Origin: the human T2T-CHM13v2.0 reference genome, Homo sapiens
Direction: 5' to 3' (one strand)
NCBI RefSeq assembly: GCF_009914755.1
Contig: NC_060939.1
Length of the DNA stretch: 64,000 nt
Below are positions 45,301 through 60,300 of the stretch, piece by piece (positions within the stretch are counted from its first letter, which is position 1; each line of letters opens with the position of its first letter). The notes below the pieces were generated by a model. The model did not search any database. It worked only from the letters and a program-made list of their open reading frames with translations, and was not told the origin of the DNA. The position numbers and the translations under genes were made by a program.

Positions 45301-48300
45301 CATTCCATTCCAGTCCATTCCATTTGTGTCCACTGCATTCCATTACACTCCATTCCATATTATTCCATTACACTCCATTCCATTCTATTACTTTCATTTC
45401 CATTCAATTCCATTCCATTTGATTCCATTCCACTCGGTTTCATTCCATTTGAGTCCACTCCATTCCATTCCATTCCATTCAGTTCCATTCCATTCTGTTC
45501 CATTCCATTCCGTTCCATTACATTCCATTCCATTCGGTACCATTCCATATTGTTCCATTCGATTCCATTCGAATCCATTCCATTCCAGTCCATTCCATTC
45601 GATTCCATTCCATTCATTTCAATTCCATTCCATTCCATTCCATTACATTCCACTTGATTCCTCTCCATTCCCTTCCACTGCATTCCGTTCGATTCCATTC
45701 CATTGCATTGCATTCCATTCCATTGGATTGCATTCCATTCGATTCCATTCCATTCGAATCAATTACGTAGCAATCCATTATATTCGAGTCTATTCTCTTC
45801 CGTTCCATTCGATTTCGTTCCAATCCATTCGATTCCATTCCATTCGATTCCATTCCATACTATTGCATTCCATTCGATTACATTATATTCGAATAAGTTC
45901 CATTCAAGACCATTTCTTTTGACTCCATTCTATTTGAGTCCATTCCCTTTGATTCCATAACATTTGAGTCCATTCAATTCCATTCCTTTCGTTTCCATTC
46001 CATTTGATGCCATTCCATTCAATTCTGTTCTACTCGACTCCAATACATTCAATTCCATTCCATCCGATTCCATTACATTCTTTTCATTTCTTATCCATTT
46101 CAAGCCATTCCACTCCATTCCATTCCACTCGTTTCCTTTCCATTCGAGTCCATTCCTCTCCAGTCCATTCCGTTCAATCCATTCCATTCCAGTCCATTCC
46201 ATTCGAGTCCGTTCCATTCCAGTCCATTCCATTCGAGTCAATTCCATTCCATTCGATGTCTTTCCATAACGATCCATTCCATTCTATTCCTTTCGATTCC
46301 ATTCCATTCTATTTCATTCCATTCGATTCCCTTCCATTGGACTCCTTTCCATTCGAGTGCATTCCATTCCGTTCCATTTCTTTCCGTTCTGTACGATTCC
46401 TACCGTTCGATTTCATTTTGTTCCAGTCCATTCTTTCGCGTCCATTCCATTCCATTTCACTCCATTCGATTCCATTCCACTCGATTCCACTTCGTTCCAT
46501 TTCATTGCATTCCATTCTATTCAACTCTATTGCCTTCCATTCCATTCCATTCGATTACATTCCATGCGATTCCATTCGAAATCGAATCAATTACATTGCA
46601 ATCCATTACTATTGAGTCCGTTTTATTCCAGTCCACTGCATTCTGGTCCATTCCATTTGATTCCATTCCATTCTATTCCATTCCATACAGTTGCATTCCA
46701 TTGGATTCCATGCTATATCTATAAATTCAATTCGAGACCATTGCTTTTGAGTCCATTCTATATGATTCCATTCCATTCAAGTCCATTACATTTGGTTAAA
46801 TTCCATTCCATTTGGTTCAATTCCATTCCATTCCATTCCCTTCCATTCCATTCCAGTTGATATCAATCCATTCGATTCCATTCCATTCGAGCACATTCCA
46901 TTCGAGTCCATTCCATTCGATGCCATTCCATTTGATTCTATTCCATTAGTCTCCATTCAATTCCATTAATCTCCATTCCATTCCATTCTACTCCAACTGA
47001 TTCCATTCCATTCTATTCCTTTCCATTCCATTTCATTCCATTCCATTCCATTCCATTCGTGTCCATTCCACTCCAGTCCATTCCATTCGTATCCATTCCA
47101 TTCCAGTCCATTCCATTTGTGTCCACTGCATTCCATTCCACTCCATTCCATATTATTCCATTACACTCCATTCCATTCTTTTACTTTCATTTCCATTCAA
47201 TTCCATTCCATTTGATTCCATTCCACTCGGTTTCATTCCATTTGAGTCCACTCCATTCCATTCCATTCCATTCAGTTCCATTCCATTCTGTTCCATTCCA
47301 TTCCGTTCCATTACATTCCATTCCATTCGGTACCATTCCATATTGTTCCATTCGATTCCATTCGAATCCATTCCATTCCAGTCCATTCCATTCGATTCCA
47401 TTCCATTCATTTCAATTCCATTCCATTCCATTCCATTCCATTCCACTTGATTCCTCTCCATTCCCTTCCACTGCATTCCGTTCGATTCCATTCCATTGCA
47501 TTGCATTCCATTCCATTGGATTGCATTCCATTCGATTCCATTCCATTCGAATCAATTACATAGCAATCCATTACATTCGAGTCTATTCTCTTCCGTTCCA
47601 TTCGATTTCGTTCCAATCCATTCGATTCCATTTCATTCGATTCCATTCCATACTATTGCATTCCATTCGATTACATTATATTCGAATAAGTTCCATTCAA
47701 GACCATTTCTTTTGAGTCCATTCTATTTGAGTCCATTCCCTTTGATTCCATAACATTTGAGTCCATTCAATTCCATTCCTTTCGTTTCCATTCCATTTGA
47801 TGCCATTCCATTCATTTCTGTTCTACTCGACTCCAATACATTCAATTCCATTCCATCCGATTCCATTACATTCTTTTCATTTCTTATCCATTTCAAGCCA
47901 TTCCACTCCATTCCATTCCACTCGTTTCCTTTCCATTCGAGTCCATTCCTCTCCAGTCCATTCCGTTCAATCCATTCCATTCCAGTCCATTCCATTCGAG
48001 TCCGTTCCATTCCAGTCCATTCCATTCGAGTCAATTCCATTCCATTCGATGTCTTTCCATAACGATCCATTCCATTCTATTCCTTTCGATTCCATTCCAT
48101 TCTATTTCATTCCATTCGATTCCCTTCCATTGGACTCCTTTCCATTCGAGTGCATTCCATTCCGTTCCATTTCTTTCCGTTCTGTACGATTCCTACCGTT
48201 CGATTTCATTTTGTTCCAGTCCATTCCTTTCGCGTCCATTCCATTCCATTTCACTCCATTCGATTCCATTCCACTCGATTCCACTTCGTTCCATTTCATT

Positions 48301-51300
48301 GCATTCCATTCTATTCAACTCTATTGCCTTCCATTCCATTCCATTCGATTACATTCCATGCGATTCCATTCGAAATCGAATCAATTACATTGCAATCCAT
48401 TACTATTGAGTCCGTTTTATTCCAGTCCACTGCATTGTGGTCCATTCCATTTGATTCCATTCCATTCTATTCCATTCCATACAGTTGCATTCCATTGGAT
48501 TCCATGCTATATCTATAAATTCAATTCGAGACCATTGCTTTTGAGTCCATTCTATATGATTCCATTCCATTCAAGTCCATTACATTTGGTTAAATTCCAT
48601 TCCATTCGGTTCAATTCCATTCCATTCCATTCCCTTGCATTCCATTCCAGTTGATATCAATCCATTCGATTCCATTCCATTCGAGCACATTCCATTCGAT
48701 GCCATTCCATTTGATTCTATTCCATTAGTCTCCATTCAATTCCATTAATCTCCGTTCCATTCCATTCTACTCCAACTGATTCCATTCCATTCTATTCCAT
48801 TCCATTCCATTTCATTCCATTCCATTCCATTTCATTCCATTCCATTCCATTCGTGTCCATTCCACTGCAGTCCATTCCATTCGTGTCCATTCCATTCCAA
48901 TCCATTCGATTTGTGTCCACTGCATTCAATTCCACTCCATTCCATATTATTCCATTACACTCCATTCCATTCTATTACTTTCATTTCCATTCAATTCCAT
49001 TCCATTTGATTCCATTCCACTCGGTTTCATTCCATTTGAGTCCACTCCATTCCATTCCATTCCATTCCATTCAGTTCCATTCCATTCTGTTCCATTCCAT
49101 TCCGTTCCATTACATTCCATTCCATTCGGTACCATTCCATATTGTTCCATTCGATTCCATTCGAATCCATTCCATTCCAGTCCATTCCATTCGATTCCAT
49201 TCCATTCATTTCAATTCCATTCCATTCCATTCCATTACATTCCACTTGATTCCTCTCCATTCCCTTCCACTGCATTCCGTTCGATTCCATTCCATTGCAT
49301 TGCATTCCATTCCATTGGATTGCATTCCATTCGATTCCATTCCATTCGAATCAATTACATAGCAATCTATTACATTCGAGTCTATTCTCTTCCGTTCCAT
49401 TCGATTTCGTTCCAATCCATTCGATTCCATTCCATTCGATTCCATTCCATACTATTGCATTCCATTCGATTACATTATATTCGAATAAGTTCCATTCAAG
49501 ACCATTTCTTTTGAGTCCATTCTATTTGAGTCCATTCCCTTTGATTCCATAACATTTGAGTCCATTCAATTCCATTCCTTTCGTTTCCATTCCATTTGAT
49601 GCCATTCCATTCAATTCTGTTCTACTCGACTCCAATACATTCAATTCCATTCCATCCGATTCATTACATTCTTTTCATTTCTTATCCATTTCAAGCCATT
49701 CCACTCCATTCCATTCCACTCGTTTCCTTTCCATTCGAGTCCATTCCTCTCCATTCCATTCCGTTCAATCCATTCCATTCCAGTCCATTCCATTCGAGTC
49801 CGTTCCATTCCAGTCCATTCCATTCGAGTCAATTCCATTCCATTCGATGTCTTTCCATAACGATCCATTCCATTCTATTCCTTTCGATTCCATTCCATTC
49901 TATTTCATTCCATTCTATTCCCTTCCATTGGACTCCTTTCCATTCGAGTGCATTCCATTCCGTTCCATTTCTTTCCGTTCTGTACGATTCCTACCGTTCG
50001 ATTTCATTTTGTTCCAGTCCATTCTTTCGCGTCCATTCCATTCCATTTCACTCCATTCGATTCCATTCCACTCGATTCCACTTCGTTCCATTTCATTGCA
50101 TTCCATTCTATTCAACTCTATTGCCTTCCATTCCATTCCATTCGATTACATTCCATGCGATTCCATTCGAAATCGAATCAATTACATTGCAATCCATTAC
50201 TATTGAGTCCGTTTTATTCCAGTCCACTGCATTCTGGTCCATTCCATTTGATTCCATTCCATTCTATTCCATTCCATAGAGTTGCATTCCATTGGATTCC
50301 ATGCTATATCTATAAACTCAATTCGAGACCATTGCTTTTGAGTCCATTCTATATGATTCCATTCCATTCAAGTCCATTACATTTGGTTAAATTCCATTCC
50401 ATTCGGTTCAATTCCATTCCATTCCATTCCCTTCCATTCCATTCCAGTTGATATCAGTCCATTCGATTCCATTCCATTCGAGCACATTCCATTCGAGTCC
50501 ATTCCATTCGATGCCATTCCATTTGATTCTATTCCATTAGTCTCCATTCAATTCCATTAATCTCCATTCCATTCCATTCTACTCCAAATGATTCCATTCC
50601 ATTCTATTCCTTTCCATTCCATTTCATTCCATTCCATTCCATTCCATTCCATTCCATTCCATTCGTGTCCATTCCACTCCAGTCCATTCCATTCGTATCC
50701 ATTCCATTCCAGTCCATTCCATTTGTGTCCACTGCATTCCATTCCACTCCATTCCATATTATTCCATTACACTCCATTCCATTCTATTACTTTCATTTCC
50801 ATTCAATTCCATTCCATTTGATTCCATTCCACTCGGTTTCATTCCATTTGAGTCCACTCCATTCCATTCCATTCCATTCAGTTCCATTCCATTCTGTTCC
50901 ATTCCATTCCGTTCCATTACATTCCATTCCATTCGGTACCATTCCATATTGTTCCATTCGATTCCATTCGAATCCATTCCATTCCAGTCCATTCCATTCG
51001 ATTCCATTCCATTCATTTCAATTCCATTCCATTCCATTCCATTACATTCCACTTGATTCCTCTCCATTCCCTTCCACTGCATTCCGTTCGATTCCATTCC
51101 ATTGCATTGCATTCCATTCCATTGGATTGCATTCCATTCGATTCCATTCCATTCGAATCAATTACGTAGCAATCCATTACATTCGAGTCTATTCTCTTCC
51201 GTTCCATTCGATTTCGTTCCAATCCATTCGATTCCATTCCATTCGATTCCATTCCATACTATTGCATTCCATTCGATTACATTATATTCGAATAAGTTCC

Positions 51301-54300
51301 ATTCAAGACCATTTCTTTTGAGTCCATTCTATTTGAGTCCATTCCCTTTGATTCCATAACATTTGAGTCCATTCAATTCCATTCCTTTCGTTTCCATTCC
51401 ATTTGATGCCATTCCATTCAATTCTGTTCTACTCGACTCCAATACATTCAATTCCATTCCATCCGATTCCATTACATTCTTTTCATTTCTTATCCATTTC
51501 AAGCCATTCCACTCCATTCCATTCCACTCGTTTCCTTTCCATTCGAGTCCATTCCTCTCCAGTCCATTCCGTTCAATCCATTCCATTCCAGTCCATTCCA
51601 TTCGAGTCCGTTCCATTCCAGTCCATTCCATTCGAGTCAATTCCATTCCATTCGATGTCTTTCCATAACGATCCATTCCATTCTATTCCTTTCGATTCCA
51701 TTCCATTCTATTTCATTCCATTCGATTCCCTTCCATTGGACTCCTTTCCATTCGAGTGCATTCCATTCCGTTCCATTTCTTTCCGTTCTGTACGATTCCT
51801 ACCGTTCGATTTCATTTTGTTCCAGTCCATTCTTTCGCGTCCATTCCATTCCATTTCACTCCATTCGATTCCATTCCACTCGATTCCACTTCGTTCCATT
51901 TCATTGCATTCCATTCTATTCAACTCTATTGCCTTCCATTCCATTCCATTCGATTACATTCCATGCGATTCCATTCGAAATCGAATCAATTACATTGCAA
52001 TCCATTACTATTGAGTCCGTTTTATTCCAGTCCACTGCATTCTGGTCCATTCCATTTGATTCCATTCCATTCTATTCCATTCCATACAGTTGCATTCCAT
52101 TGGATTCCATGCTATATCTATAAATTCAATTCGAGACCATTGCTTTTGAGTCCATTCTATATGATTCCATTCCATTCAAGTCCATTACATTTGGTTAAAT
52201 TCCATTCTATTCGGTTCAATTCCATTCCATTCCATTCCCTTCCATTCCATTCCAGTTGATATCAATCCATTCGATTCCATTCCATTCGAGCACATTCCAT
52301 TCGAGTCCATTCCATTCGATGCCATTCCATTTGATTCTATTCCATTAGTCTCCATTCAATTCAATTAATCTCCATTCCATTCCATTCTACTCCAACTGAT
52401 TCCATTCCATTCTATTCCTTTCCATTCCATTTCATTCCATTCCATTCCATTCCATTCGTGTCCATTCCACTCCAGTCCATTCCATTCGTATCCATTCCAT
52501 TCCAGTCCATTCCATTTGTGTCCACTGCATTCCATTCCACTCCATTCCATATTATTCCATTACACTCCATTCCATTCTATTACTTTCATTTCCATTCAAT
52601 TCCATTCCATTTGATTCCATTCCACTCGGTTTCATTCCATTTGAGTCCACTCCATTCCATTCCATTCCATTCAGTTCCATTCCATTCTGTTCCATTCCAT
52701 TCCGTTCCATTACATTCCATTCCATTCGGTACCATTCCATATTGTTCCATTCGATTCCATTCGAATCCATTCCATTCCAGTCCATTCCATTCGATTCCAT
52801 TCCATTCATTTCAATTCCATTCCATTCCATTCCATTACATTCCACTTGATTCCTCTCCATTCCCTTCCACTGCATTCCGTTCGATTCCATTCCATTGCAT
52901 TGCATTCCATTCCATTGGATTGCATTCCATTCGATTCCATTCCATTCGAATCAATTACATAGCAATCCATTACATTCGAGTCTATTCTCTTCCGTTCCAT
53001 TCGATTTCGTTCCAATCCATTCGATTCCATTCCATTCGATTCCATTCCATACTATTGCATTCCATTCGATTACATTATATTCGAATAAGTTCCATTCAAG
53101 ACCATTTCTTTTGAGTCCATTCTATTTGAGTCCATTCCCTTTGATTCCATAACATTTGAGTCCATTCAATTCCATTCCTTTCGTTTCCATTCCATTTGAT
53201 GCCATTCCATTCAATTCTGTTCTACTCGACTCCAATATATTCAATTCCATTCCATCCGATTCCATTACATTCTTTTCATTTCTTATCCATTTCAAGCCAT
53301 TCCACTCCATTCCATTCCACTCGTTTCCTTTCCATTCGAGTCCATTCCTCTCCAGTCCATTCCGTTCAATCCATTCCATTCCAGTCCATTCCATTCGAGT
53401 CCGTTCCATTCCAGTCCATTCCATTCGAGTCAATTCCATTCCATTCGATGTCTTTCCATAACGATCCATTCCATTCTATTCCTTTCGATTCCATTCCATT
53501 CTATTTCATTCCATTCGATTCCCTTCCATTGGACTCCTTTCCATTCGAGTGCATTCCATTCCGTTCCATTTCTTTTCGTTCTGTACGATTCCTACCGTTC
53601 GATTTCATTTTGTTCCAGTCCATTCCTTTCGCGTCCATTCCATTCCATTTCACTCCATTCGATTCCATTCCACTCGATTCCACTTCGTTCCATTTCATTG
53701 CATTCCATTCTATTCAACTCTATTGCCTTCCATTCCATTCCATTCGATTACATTCCATGCGATTCCATTCGAAATCGAATCAATTACATTGCAATCCATT
53801 ACTATTGAGTCCGTTTTATTCCAGTCCACTGCATTCTGGTCCATTCCATTTGATTCCATTCCATTCTATTCCATTCCATACAGTTGCATTCCATTGGATT
53901 CCATTCTATATCTATAAATTCAATTCGAGACCATTGCTTTTGAGTCCATTCTATATGATTCCATTCCATTCAAGTCCATTACATTTGGTTAAATTCCATT
54001 CCATTCGGTTCAATTCCATTCCATTCCATTCCCTTCCATTCCATTCCAGTTGATATCAATCCATTCGATTCCATTCCATTGGAGCACATTCCATTCGAGT
54101 CCATTCCATTCGATGCCATTCCATTTGATTCTATTCCATTAGTCTCCATTCAATTCCATTAATCTCCATTCAATTCCATTCTACTCCAACTGATTCCATT
54201 CCATTCTATTCCTTTCCATTCCATTTCATTCCATTCCATTCCATTCCATTCCATTCGTGTCCATTCCACTCCAGTCCATTCCATTCGTATCCATTCCATT

Positions 54301-57300
54301 CCAGTCCATTCCATTTGTGTCCACTGCATTCCATTCCACTCCATTCCATATTATTCCATTACACTCCATTCCATTCTATTACTTTCATTTCCATTCAATT
54401 CCATTCCATTTGATTCCATTCCACTCGGTTTCATTCCATTTGAGTCCACTCCATTCCATTCCATTCCATTCAGTTCCATTCCATTCTGTTCCATTCCATT
54501 CCGTTCCATTACATTCCATTCCATTCGGTACCATTCCATATTGTTCCATTCGATTCCATTCGAATCCATTCCATTCCAGTCCATTCCATTCGATTCCATT
54601 CCATTCATTTCAATTCCATTCCATTCCATTCCATTACATTCCACTTGATTCCTCTCCATTCCCTTCCACTGCATTCCGTTCGATTCCATTCCATTGCATT
54701 GCATTCCATTCCATTGGATTGCATTCCATTCGATTCCATTCCATTCGAATCAATTACATAGCAATCCATTACATTCGAGTCTATTCTCTTCCGTTCCATT
54801 CGATTTCGTTCCAATCCATTCGATTCCATTCCATTCGATTCCATTCCATACTATTGCATTCCATTCGATTACATTATATTCGAATAAGTTCCATTCAAGA
54901 CCATTTCTTTTGAGTCCATTCTATTTGAGTCCATTCCCTTTGATTCCATAACATTTGAGTCCATTCAATTCCATTCCTTTCGTTTCCATTCCATTTGATG
55001 CCATTCCATTCAATTCTGTTCTACTCGACTCCAATACATTCAATTCCATTCCATCCGATTCCATTACATTCTTTTCATTTCTTATCCATTTCAAGCCATT
55101 CCACTCCATTCCATTCCACTCGTTTCCTTTCCATTCGAGTCCATTCCTCTCCAGTCCATTCCGTTCAATCCATTCCATTCCAGTCCATTCCATTCGAGTC
55201 CGTTCCATTCCAGTCCATTCCATTCGAGTCAATTCCATTCCATTCGATGTCTTTCCATAACGATCCATTCCATTCTATTCCTTTCGATTCCATTCCATTC
55301 TATTTCATTCCATTCGATTCCCTTCCATTGGACTCCTTTCCATTCGAGTGCATTCCATTCCGTTCCATTTCTTTCCGTTCTGTACGATTCCTACCGTTCG
55401 ATTTCATTTTCTTCCAGTCCATTCTTTCGCGTCCATTCCATTCCATTTCACTCCATTCGATTCCATTCCACTCGATTCCACTTCGTTCCATTTCATTGCA
55501 TTCCATTCTATTCAACTCTATTGCCTTCCATTCCATTCCATTCGATTACATTCCATGCGATTCCATTCGAAATCGAATCAATTACATTGCAATCCATTAC
55601 TATTGAGTCCGTTTTATTCCAGTCCACTGCATTCTGGTCCATTCCATTTGATTCCATTCCATTCTATTCCATTCCATACAGTTGCATTCCATTGGATTCC
55701 ATGCTATATCTATAAATTCAATTCGAGACCATTGCTTTTGAGTCCATTCTATATGATTCCATTCCATTCAAGTCCATTACATTTGGTTAAATTCCATTCC
55801 ATTCGGTTCAATTCCATTCCATTCCATTCCCTTCCATTCCATTCCAGTTGATATCAATCCATTCGATTCCATTCCATTCGAGCACATTCCATTCGAGTCC
55901 ATTCCATTCGATGCCATTCCATTTGATTCTATTCCATTAGTCTCCATTCAATTCCATTAATCTCCATTCCATTCCATTCTACTCCAACTGATTCCATTCC
56001 ATTCTATTCCTTTCCATTCCATTTCATTCCATTCCATTCCATTCCATTCGTGTCCATTCCACTCCAGTCCATTCCATTCGTATCCATTCCATTCCAGTCC
56101 ATTCCATTTGTGTCCACTGCATTCCATTCCACTCCATTCCATATTATTCCATTACACTCCATTCCATTCTATTACTTTCATTTCCATTCAATTCCATTCC
56201 ATTTGATTCCATTCCACTCGGTTTCATTCCATTTGAGTCCACTCCATTCCATTCCATTCCATTCAGTTCCATTCCATTCTGTTCCATTCCATTCCGTTCC
56301 ATTACATTCCATTCCATTCGGTACCATTCCATATTGTTCCATTCGATTCCATTCGAATCCATTCCATTCCAGTCCATTCCATTCGATTCCATTCCATTCA
56401 TTTCAATTCCATTCCATTCCATTCCATTACATTCCACTTGATTCCTCTCCATTCCCTTCCACTGCATTCCGTTCGATTCCATTCCATTGCATTGCCTTCC
56501 ATTCCATTGGATTGCATTCCATTCGATTCCATTCCATTCGAATCAATTACATAGCAATCCATTACATTCGAGTCTATTCTCTTCCGTTCCATTCGATTTC
56601 GTTCCAATCCATTCGATTCCATTCCATTCGATTCCATTCCATACTATTGCATTCCATTCGATTACATTATATTCGAATAAGTTCCATTCAAGACCATTTC
56701 TTTTGAGTCCATTCTATTTGAGTCCATTCCCTTTGATTCCATAACATTTGAGTCCATTCAATTCCATTCCTTTCGTTTCCATTCCATTTGATGCCATTCC
56801 ATTCAATTCTGTTCTACTCGACTCCAATACATTCAATTCCATTCCATCCGATTCCATTACATTCTTTTCATTTCTTATCCATTTCAAGCCATTCCACTCC
56901 ATTCCATTCCACTCGTTTCCTTTCCATTCGAGTCCATTCCTCTCCAGTCCATTCCGTTCAATCCATTCCATTCCAGTCCATTCCATTCGAGTCCGTTCCA
57001 TTCCAGTCCATTCCATTCGAGTCAATTCCATTCCATTCGATGTCTTTCCATAACGATCCATTCCATTCTATTCCTTTCGATTCCATTCCATTCTATTTCA
57101 TTCCATTCGATTCCCTTCCATTGGACTCCTTTCCATTCGAGTGCATTCCATTCCGTTCCATTTCTTTTCGTTCTGTACGATTCCTACCGTTCGATTTCAT
57201 TTTGTTCCAGTCCATTCCTTTCGCGTCCATTCCATTCCATTTCACTCCATTCGATTCCATTCCACTCGATTCCACTTCGTTCCATTTCATTGCATTCCAT

Positions 57301-60300
57301 TCTATTCAACTCTATTGCCTTCCATTCCATTCCATTCGATTACATTCCATGCGATTCCATTCGAAATCGAATCAATTACATTGCAATCCATTACTATTGA
57401 GTCCGTTTTATTCCAGTCCACTGCATTGTGGTCCATTCCATTTGATTCCATTCCATTCTATTCCATTCCATACAGTTGCATTCCATTGGATTCCATTCTA
57501 TATCTATAAATTCAATTCGAGACCATTGCTTTTGAGTCCATTCTATATGATTCCATTCCATTCAAGTCCATTACATTTGGTTAAATTCCATTCCATTCGG
57601 TTCAATTCCATTCCATTCCATTCCCTTCCATTCCATTCCAGTTGATATCAATCCATTCGATTCCATTCCATTCGAGCACATTCCATTCGAGTCCATTCCA
57701 TTCGATGCCATTCCATTTGATTCTATTCCATTAGTCTCCATTCAATTCCATTAATCTCCATTCCATTCCATTCTACTCCAACTGATTCCATTCCATTCTA
57801 TTCCTTTCCATTCCATTTCATTCCATTCCATTCCATTCCATTCCATTCCATTCCATTCCATTCGTGTCCATTCCACTCCAGTCCATTCCATTCGTATCCA
57901 TTCCATTCCAGTCCATTCCATTTGTGTCCACTGCATTCCATTCCACTCCATTCCATATTATTCCATTACACTCCATTCCATTCTATTACTTTCATTTCCA
58001 TTCAATTCCATTCCATTTGATTCCATTCCACTCGGTTTCATTCCATTTGAGTCCACTCCATTCCATTCCATTCCATTCAGTTCCATTCCATTCTGTTCCA
58101 TTCCATTCCGTTCCATTACATTCCATTCCATTCGGTACCATTCCATATTGTTCCATTCGATTCCATTCGAATCCATTCCATTCCAGTCCATTCCATTCGA
58201 TTCCATTCCATTCATTTCAATTCCATTCCATTCCATTCCATTACATTCCACTTGATTCCTCTCCATTCCCTTCCACTGCATTCCGTTCGATTCCATTCCA
58301 TTGCATTGCATTCCATTCCATTGGATTGCATTCCATTCGATTCCATTCCATTCGAATCAATTACATAGCAATCCATTACATTCGAGTCTATTCTCTTCCG
58401 TTCCATTCGATTTCGTTCCAATCCATTCGATTCCATTCCATTCGATTCCATTCCATACTATTGCATTCCATTCGATTACATTATATTCGAATAAGTTCCA
58501 TTCAAGACCATTTCTTTTGAGTCCATTCTATTTGAGTCCATTCCCTTTGATTCCATAACATTTGAGTCCATTCAATTCCATTCCTTTCGTTTCCATTCCA
58601 TTTGATGCCATTCCATTCATTTCTGTTCTACTCGACTCCAATACATTCAATTCCATTCCATCCGATTCCATTACATTCTTTTCATTTCTTATCCATTTCA
58701 AGCCATTCCACTCCATTCCATTCCACTCGTTTCCTTTCCATTCGAATCCATTCCTCTCCAGTCCATTCCGTTCAATCCATTCCATTCCAGTCCATTCCAT
58801 TCGAGTCCGTTCCATTCCAGTCCATTCCATTCGAGTCAATTCCATTCCATTCGATGTCTTTCCATAACGATCCATTCCATTCTATTCCTTTCGATTCCAT
58901 TCCATTCTATTTCATTCCATTCGATTCCCTTCCATTGGACTCCTTTCCATTCGAGTGCATTCCATTCCGTTCCATTTCTTTCCGTTCTGTACGATTCCTA
59001 CCGTTCGATTTCATTTTGTTCCAGTCCATTCCTTTCGCGTCCATTCCATTCCATTTCACTCCATTCGATTCCATTCCACTCGATTCCACTTCGTTCCATT
59101 TCATTGCATTCCATTCTATTCAACTCTATTGCCTTCCATTCCATTCCATTCGATTACATTCCATGCGATTCCATTCGAAATCGAATCAATTACATTGCAA
59201 TCCATTACTATTGAGTCCGTTTTATTCCAGTCCACTGCATTGTGGTCCATTCCATTTGATTCCATTCCATTCTATTCCATTCCATACAGTTGCATTCCAT
59301 TGGATTCCATGCTATATCTATAAATTCAATTCGAGACCATTGCTTTTGAGTCCATTCTATATGATTCCATTCCATTCAAGTCCATTACATTTGGTTAAAT
59401 TCCATTCCATTCGGTTCAATTCCATTCCATTCCATTCCCTTGCATTCCATTCCAGTTGATATCAATCCATTCGATTCCATTCCATTCGAGCACATTCCAT
59501 TCGATGCCATTCCATTTGATTCTATTCCATTAGTCTCCATTCAATTCCATTAATCTCCATTCCATTCCATTCTACTCCAACTGATTCCATTCCATTCTAT
59601 TCCATTCCATTCCATTTCATTCCATTCCATTCCATTTCATTCCATTCCATTCCATTCGTGTCCATTCCACTGCAGTCCATTCCATTCGTGTCCATTCCAT
59701 TCCAGTCCATTCGATTTGTGTCCACTGCATTCAATTCCACTCCATTCCATATTATTCCATTACACTCCATTCCATTCTATTACTTTCATTTCCATTCAAT
59801 TCCATTCCATTTGATTCCATTCCACTCGGTTTCATTCCATTTGAGTCCACTCCATTCCATTCCATTCCATTCCATTCAGTTCCATTCCATTCTGTTCCAT
59901 TCCATTCCGTTCCATTACATTCCATTCCATTCGGTACCATTCCATATTGTTCCATTAGATTCCATTCGAATCCATTCCATTCCAGTCCATTCCATTCGAT
60001 TCCATTCCATTCATTTCAATTCCATTCCATTCCATTCCATTACATTCCACTTGATTCCTCTCCATTCCCTTCCACTGCATTCCGTTCGATTCCATTCCAT
60101 TGCATTGCATTCCATTCCATTGGATTGCATTCCATTCGATTCCATTCCATTCGAATCAATTACATAGCAATCCATTACATTCGAGTCTATTCTCTTCCGT
60201 TCCATTCGATTTCGTTCCAATCCATTCGATTCCATTCCATTCGATTCCATTCCATACTATTGCATTCCATTCGATTACATTATATTCGAATAAGTTCCAT

